The position numbers and the translations under genes were made by a program. 64,000 nucleotides of DNA from Chrysomallon squamiferum (Eukaryota > Animalia > Mollusca), in the NCBI GenBank assembly GCA_012295275.1, contig CM022675.1, forward strand, positions 1,488,001-1,552,000. The letters are read 5' to 3'. A model generated the notes under the pieces. It saw only the letters and a list, made by a program, of their open reading frames with translations. It ran no database searches and had not been told where the DNA came from. Shown piece after piece: positions 56,267-64,000 of the stretch; position 1 is the stretch's first letter; every line of letters starts with the position of its first letter.

Positions 56267-58328
56267 TTGTTATCACATAATATACGTTCTACACAGATTG
56301 TGAGAGCTTTCAGACACTGCACTGAATAACTTTCAAAATAAATTACGACTTTGAATTAAGCTTCATATTGCATGCCTCTGATTTCTATAGAGTAAAAAAG
56401 AAATGCTTTGAGATAGATATTATCTCTGCGGGTGTTAGGATGGTACACGGAGTTGAATCTGCAGGTCAATTAAGAATATACCAATCAATCAAAAGTTAGT
56501 TATTATATATATCTCTCAGCCAGTGATCTCTATTACTATTTGATTTATCTAACGAAAGCATCTTAAATAGGTATAAAATATGTATTCGTCCTCGTAGCTG
56601 CATTATCCAAATATTTACTTATAGTTTTTGTTTTGTTTATTCCTAACATATATATATATACAATGTGCAGAGTGTCGTCTTAAAATGCAGCTTAGGGTTT
56701 TATTTTTAAAGTTCGCAGTGACATTCTATACTTGACTATTTTACTACTGAATTAGTCACACCTCACAAACCTCATACGATGTCGCTGACGAGACACGAAC
56801 GTATGGCGCCCATTCTCCCGCACTCCGAAGGCGGACGACATTACCGTTCCGCCATCAAGACAAACTTAAAAGGAGTAACCTGAGTGACTATATTAATAAG
56901 CAAAAACAAAAAGAAAAGAAGGGAAAAAAAGACGTCTGTTTTCACGCCTGTCTGATCATCTTGACATTGTATCAAAATTCCGACCTCTTTCTGCACAGAT
57001 TGTGAGAGCTTTCAGAGATTGCACTGAGAGACTTTCAAAATAAATTACGATGTTAACTTAGGCTTGATATTACAAAAAACAACTAAGATAGATATAATAT
57101 CTGCAGGTGTTAGCGTGTGACACGAAATTGTATTTTCAGATGAATGTGTCTACACTATTCAAAATAAAAATGTGTTTGTTTTTAGAAATATCTATCAGCC
57201 ATTAGTATTTGCTATATTTTTATTACTGTGACGAGGGTAGCTCAATATAGTATAAAATATACATATACGTTTCTGCAGCTGCATCATTCAATATATTTTT
57301 TTTAAATTCTTTTTTTAACATGTGTATACTCATGTCTAACAAATGAGAATTATTATTGTAAACAATTTTAACACACAGACTACGTAAATCATATTTTTAC
57401 TTTTATTAATGTTTTTACTTATTTATCTCATTTTATTATTATTTGAATTATTATTCTGTGTATGCATACATATGCGCAAACACACATACACACGGACGCA
57501 CACACAAAAATATATAAACTACATCCATGTATGTCAGAATCTTGTTGTACAAACTAATTTCTCCATATTGTTCATACCATTTCTGAGAAATATCTATTTG
57601 TCGATTTTGTTATTTATCTATCCCTTTGTCTATCTATCTCTATGTATCTATGTATCTATATATCTGTGTACTTATCTATATATGTATCTATCTGTCTCCT
57701 ATTTGTCTATCTGTCTCTATGTATCTATGTATCTATATATCTGTGTACTTATCTATATATGTATCTATCTGTCTCCTATTTGTCTATCTGTCTATTTACC
57801 TATCTATCCCTGTAATTCACTTATTCCTCTATTTAGTTTTGCATTTGTCCACTGATCTAAAATCAAGTTTTGTGTCCATATTAATAATTGAATATAGGGG
57901 AAAAAGCCAAAGGAATGAAAATCAGAATTTTTAATTAAGAAATACATTAGCAAGATACAAGCTTTACGCTAGTCATTGTTTTAAAACTTTAAAAGAAATT
58001 CTGTCACAGTCTTGTGGTCCTCAAAGAGATCGACATATAATAATGCAGATTATTTATAATTCTACTGAAGCTGTCTATGATTTACCAATGTATCCACTGT
58101 CTTGTTTATCATGTTTATATAAGAAAAACATAGAGTGAACCAGAATTGATTGGAAATCAGTCGTTTATCAATATATCTCCAACTTTTCTGTTATGAAATT
58201 ATTCATTTATTTATTTATTTATTTATTTATTTACTTATTTGTTCATCCTACTGTGTGGTATTTTCATCGTTTTTTTTTTTTTTTAACTTTTATTTAATCA
58301 CATTGTTTTCCTATATTAAGAAAAAAAA

Positions 58329-58400
<72 letters not shown>

Positions 58401-58405
58401 CATCA

Positions 58406-58436
<31 letters not shown>

Positions 58437-59259
58437 AATTTTCGGGATAACTGGGCTGAAACCTTTCAAGTGAAAATTTAATGGATTTAAAAAAAAAATA
58501 ATAATTAAGAAATGAGAAAATTGATTTGGCATTTCTGTGACTAAGATAACAAACCTCTACAAATACATGTAATACATCACTGCACATCTAGACTGGTACT
58601 CTGACAAAAGTTACTCTATTCCTTCATTTCTCAAACACTTGTCACGCATCAACAAACACTAAAACACGTGTAATACGTCACTACACATCTAGACTGGTAC
58701 TCTCACAAAAGTTACTCTATTCCTTCACTTGTCACGCATGAACACACACTAAAACACGTGTAATACATCACTGCTCATTTAGACTGGTACTCTCACAACA
58801 GTTACTCTATGCCTTCACTTGTCATGCATGAACACACAGACGTTTAAGTGTTTCTGAGTCAATCTACTGTCGCCGAAACAGTATTTATCATGGTGCACTG
58901 ATACTCATTTGTGTTGTCATTTAAACACACAGAAACATACACATTCACACTCTTAATCGATCTAACATAAACACAAATATACTCACATAAACCACACACG
59001 TATGTATCAACAGACAACTAACCACTCGTACGCATAGCTGCATGCGTAAAGAAGCAACCATTATCGAAAAAACGCACACAGACACATGCATACACACAAA
59101 TACACAAACACACACACACATATATATATATAATGCACACCCCCATTTATATTCAAACGCAGATTCGTACATACAAACATACATAAATACAAACACACAT
59201 ACATACACACATACATACATATACCTCTAATGCTTATTTAATTTTACTTTTATTATAAG

Positions 59260-59705
59260 TGTAACAGTATGTCAGCACCAGTATTGTTTATGTAATCTTT
59301 AGTTTTATTATAGTGTATTAAAAGTATGTGAGTACCTATAATGTTTATCTAAGATTTAGTTTTATTATAAGTATAAACGTGTAATCAGTTTTATTTTTAT
59401 TTTAAGTGTAAAACTATGTCAATATTTCTAATGTTTATGAAATATTTAGTTTTAAGTGTAAAATAATGTCAGTACTTCTAACTTCTAATGTTTATGTAAT
59501 ATTTAGTTTTATTTTAAGTGTAAAAGTATGTCAGTACTTCTAATGTTTATGTAATATTTAGTTTTATTTTAAGTGTAAAACTATGTCAATATTTCTAATG
59601 TTTATGTAATATTTAGTTTTATTTTAAGTGTAAAACTATGTCAATGTTTCTAATATTTATGTAATATTTAGTTTTATTTTAAGTGTAAAACTATGTCAGT
59701 ACTAT
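59260..59705. repeat. 55-bp AT-rich tandem repeat (also 30230-30505)
   Basis: AAGTGTAAAACTATGTCAATATTTCTAATGTTTATGTAATATTTAGTTTTATTTT repeated; period 55 at 30317/30372. Confidence 0.85.
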
Positions 59706-60000
59706 GTCAGGAGTTATATATAATACGACTTCGCTTTTTAAGCCATTCACATCGAAATGTATACACGAAAAAAAGAAAAATGTTAATGGAAAATCAATGC
59801 ACTGTATATTACACAGTAACTGTCAGTTTTGGTTGATGTTAATACCCTGTAGAAAATAAATATTGTGTGTATGTTTTTTTCTTCTTTCTAAGTTCTTCGT
59901 TTTCTTTCTTTTTTTTTTTTTACTTTGTGTGGACATTAGTAGCATGTCGAAATCAAATTCGAGGAATTACATATGCAAATTTATGATTCTTCTTCTTCTT

Positions 60001-60107
<107 letters not shown>

Positions 60108-62255
60108 GTATTTCGTATTAAAACGAAACATTAATAGTTATCATGAAAACAAAATGAACACAAACAAGTTACACGGACAGATATATTGACTGGAAGCTAA
60201 AAGCAGAGAAAAAAGTGCGTTAACACTAACAAAATATCATACAAGTAAATACATAGCAAATAGAAAAATAACTAATTAAAATATCAAATTATACGAAACG
60301 ACAATAAGGTAGAGAAAAACACATTTGAAGGGAGAAACAGAATGAGAAAAAGTGCGTTAACACTAACAAAATATCATACAAGTAAATACATAGCAAATAC
60401 AAAAATAACTAATTAAAATATCAAATTATGCGAAACGACAATGAGGTAGAAAAACAAACACATGTAGGGAGAAACAGAACGAGAACTGTGTAAGTGAGGA
60501 CAAAGCTTCTTTTCTGAGTGTCACAAGAAACAAGGTAGGTTCACGTAAACATTTCAATGAATATGTTTGTACGCATTTCAATGCATTACTACTACTACTA
60601 CTACTACTACTAATAATAATAATAATATTATTATTATTATTTCTATACATTCTGTTAATACTTCTACTACTACTACTACTACTACTACTACTAATACTAA
60701 CACTCAAGGTCCGTCAATATACAAGGTAGGCTCACGTAAACATTTCAGTGAATATTTAATACTACTACTACTACTACTACAACAACATAACTACTACTAA
60801 TAATAATAATATTATTATTATTATTTCTATGCCTTCTGTTACTACTTCTACTACAACTACTACTATTACTAGTACTACTTCTACTACTACTAATACTACT
60901 ATTACGATTGATTCTAACACTAACGTTAATACTAATACTCATTTAGGTCCGTCAATATATGATAACAAATGTTTGTTTAAAAGGCATTTTCTGTTTGTTT
61001 TGTTTCTTAAAGTAGAGAATAATTTATCATAAATCAAACTGAAATACATTGAAATCTGCATCCGCGGACATATCTGTAATACTTTATCTTGAGATTGTCT
61101 TTCATTACACGTGTAAAGTCTGTGTCACAGTCTTTGTTTCTAACTCGTCTCCTAAGTCGTTGTTTAATCATGTATAACTATATCCAGTAGTGGTAGCTCT
61201 AGTAGTTGTAGTAGGAGTAGAAGTAATGACAGCAGCATTCATAGATTTAGTTGGTATAACAGTAAAAATAGTACTTGTAATAGATGTATTAATAACAGAA
61301 GTAATAGAAGATAAAGTGTTATCATTATTATTAGTAGTAGCAGCAGCAGTAGTAAGAGTAGTAGCAGCAATAGTAGTAGTGGTAGTGGTAGCAGTAGTAA
61401 CAGTAGTAGTAATAGTAGTAGTAGTAGTAGTAGTAGTAGTAGCATTTTCTTTCTTTCTTTATTTATTTATTTATTTATTTATTTATTTGCTTAGAGACAC
61501 GCCCCATGTGATGGGCATTATATAAATGTGATCTTGGAGTTTTATTGAAATCACTTAGCTTGTATGAGGTCTGTCGCCCATGTACATTATACATGCAATT
61601 TTGTGTAAGATTTCCGTATATTATACGTAAAATTGTGCGTAATACCTCGGTTCTTGTACTTTTTATTCTACGAACACAAACCGGTTATCCTCGACACGTC
61701 GCCAGTCGTTATCTCTATCATTAAGATTTTATTACTATACATACATGCATACATATATCTATAAATATCAGCTCTGTGTGCGTGTCTGTGTGTATGTTTG
61801 TTTAGGTGCATTTCTGTTTTAGTGCTGTGAATAAACATCGTTCTGACTTATTCAAAATTAAAACATGAGATAAATATATGATTTCCACTCGGTCAGAAAT
61901 AAATTAGCAATTAAATAAAACTTTTTAAAATTTATCTTTAAGAACAAATGAGTTAAACTTAGAATTCTCACTGACTCAACACTAAACACATAATTTACCA
62001 AATTAAATAACACAAAGATTATAAGATTTAGATATGACTGTTACAAATTTAAAACATATCTATTTTTAAAAGGGAATACAGGTAGAAAACACTAAATGAT
62101 TGACGTACGTGCATTTAATCGTGTTTAATACTATCAGACAAGTTTGTGTTCTCTTTTAGCTCGCTAACCTCTTTTATCATACAGATAATTCATCCTCGTG
62201 GTTTTCTTAGTCACAAATTTGACCAAGAAATCAACCAAACAAAAAATAAAAAACT

Positions 62256-62326
<71 letters not shown>

Positions 62327-62517
62327 AGAAATGTATGTATACAGTAGTTATGACTTCACATGACATATGATTTAAAGTCGGTGATGTATTGAAGCCATCT
62401 TTTTTTTTTCTTATCACAAAAATAGTGAAAAGCTTAATACACATTTTTACATTTCTTTCGAAACACATCACACGGTTAGAATGTTACAATAACAAGGTAC
62501 GTTCAATTCGCATTTCC

Positions 62518-62566
<49 letters not shown>

Positions 62567-63396
62567 TGTATTTTACTTCAATAAATGTATAAGTCACTAA
62601 TTTTATATTTTGTGATACGTCAGCAAATGTATATTATGTACACAGTGCTGCTACTATTACTACTACAACCACTACTACAAGTGCTACACTAACACTAATG
62701 TTAATACTAAGACTCATTTTGGACCAGTGAATGTATGGTAATATATACTTACATACTTATATAACGTCTTTTGTCATTGTTTTCTTTCTAAAAGTGCACA
62801 GTAGTAATGTTACAGTGACATAAGTTAATACACAGACTGTCTCTGAGAGTTCCAGGCATTTCATTTAAACAGTAAATTAACAACACGACAATAAATAAAG
62901 TTTTGTCATAATTAGATCTTCTGATGTTTGATTACAGAGTAAAGAAAACACATCTTATCATAGCGGGGATTACGAGATGACACGAAATTGTATTTTCAGT
63001 CGAGTGGTGTAAACAGTCAATTAACATCACAGTAGAGAACAAAGAATTAATACTTGAATGTATCTGTTAACATGTAATCTTTGTTTTCTGATATTATTTC
63101 AAGTAGAACAGTTTACTATCTATTAATTTATTTTTACACATTGTTTCAGCCACATTAGTGAGTAATATATTTATATTTATTATTTAATTTTATTTTATTT
63201 TATTTTTGTTGCATTTTATTACTTTTAGTTTGATGAAAAATAAAACATTGTTTGCCAAACACAGAGGAAATATAAAAAAGGATCAGTACAACAAAAATAG
63301 TTTATTTATTCTCTTCTCTTCTATTCTATTTTCTTCTACTTTACCTTAGTCTAAATGTATCTGTGTTATTTATATATTTACCATATTAGTACTGCG

Positions 63397-63529
<133 letters not shown>

Positions 63530-64000
63530 ATTATTAGAAACACTTTTTACCAGTTGTATGTGTCTTATGGATGTCCAAAAATAGATCGTAGATTTCTTTG
63601 ATTCCTGTTTTACAGCAAAGCTGATTTATTTAAAATTAAAGAACAGTTAAACATTCACTCTCAGTCAGTTGTGTGTGAAGATCATCTTGACATTTTCCTC
63701 CATAACTTATTTCTTTATGTGTGATAATTTTGTATGACATTTTTTATTTTGAATCAGGTTACCTGGATATCTATATTAATCATGCTTGAGTACCCACCTA
63801 CCTACCAACCTACACTCTTTCAGTGTATACACCTATGCATCTATCTGCTTCTTTATATATCTGTTTTCTGTGTGTCTATCTATACCTCTGTTTTTCAGTT
63901 TGTTATTGTTGTTCATTTCAGTATATTCTATTCCATTTCAGGTTAGCGCTATTTTTTATTATTATTTTCAATTCATTTTATTATTATATGTTAATTCTCT

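Overview
AT-rich, microsatellite-dense animal DNA, most likely molluscan judging from the EGF-ZP gene family. It consists of three contigs joined by two 200-N gaps (10495-10694, 50225-50424). The main result is a complete 19-exon plus-strand gene (CDS 33976-43815, 885 aa by manual splicing; all introns GT-AG and all phases consistent), which the ORF track shows only in fragments. It encodes signal peptide - EGF - EGF - ZP-N - start of ZP-C - four tandem group A SRCR domains - rest of ZP-C - furin site RKRR - TM - short basic tail. So it is a molluscan EGF-ZP (shell-matrix-type) protein whose ZP-C domain is split by a phase-symmetric SRCR cassette. The 3' part of an inverted paralog with the same SRCR-to-ZP-C junction lies at 6638-10494 and runs into a gap. 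The rest of the window holds two orphan copies of a chimaerin-like RhoGAP terminal exon with 3' flank, a decayed Tigger/pogo element, Tc1 transposase fragments, five copies of a ~7 kb microsatellite-rich composite duplicon, and many mini- and microsatellites. No prokaryotic features, rRNA, tRNA or CRISPR were seen. All calls come from manual reading, with no database search.
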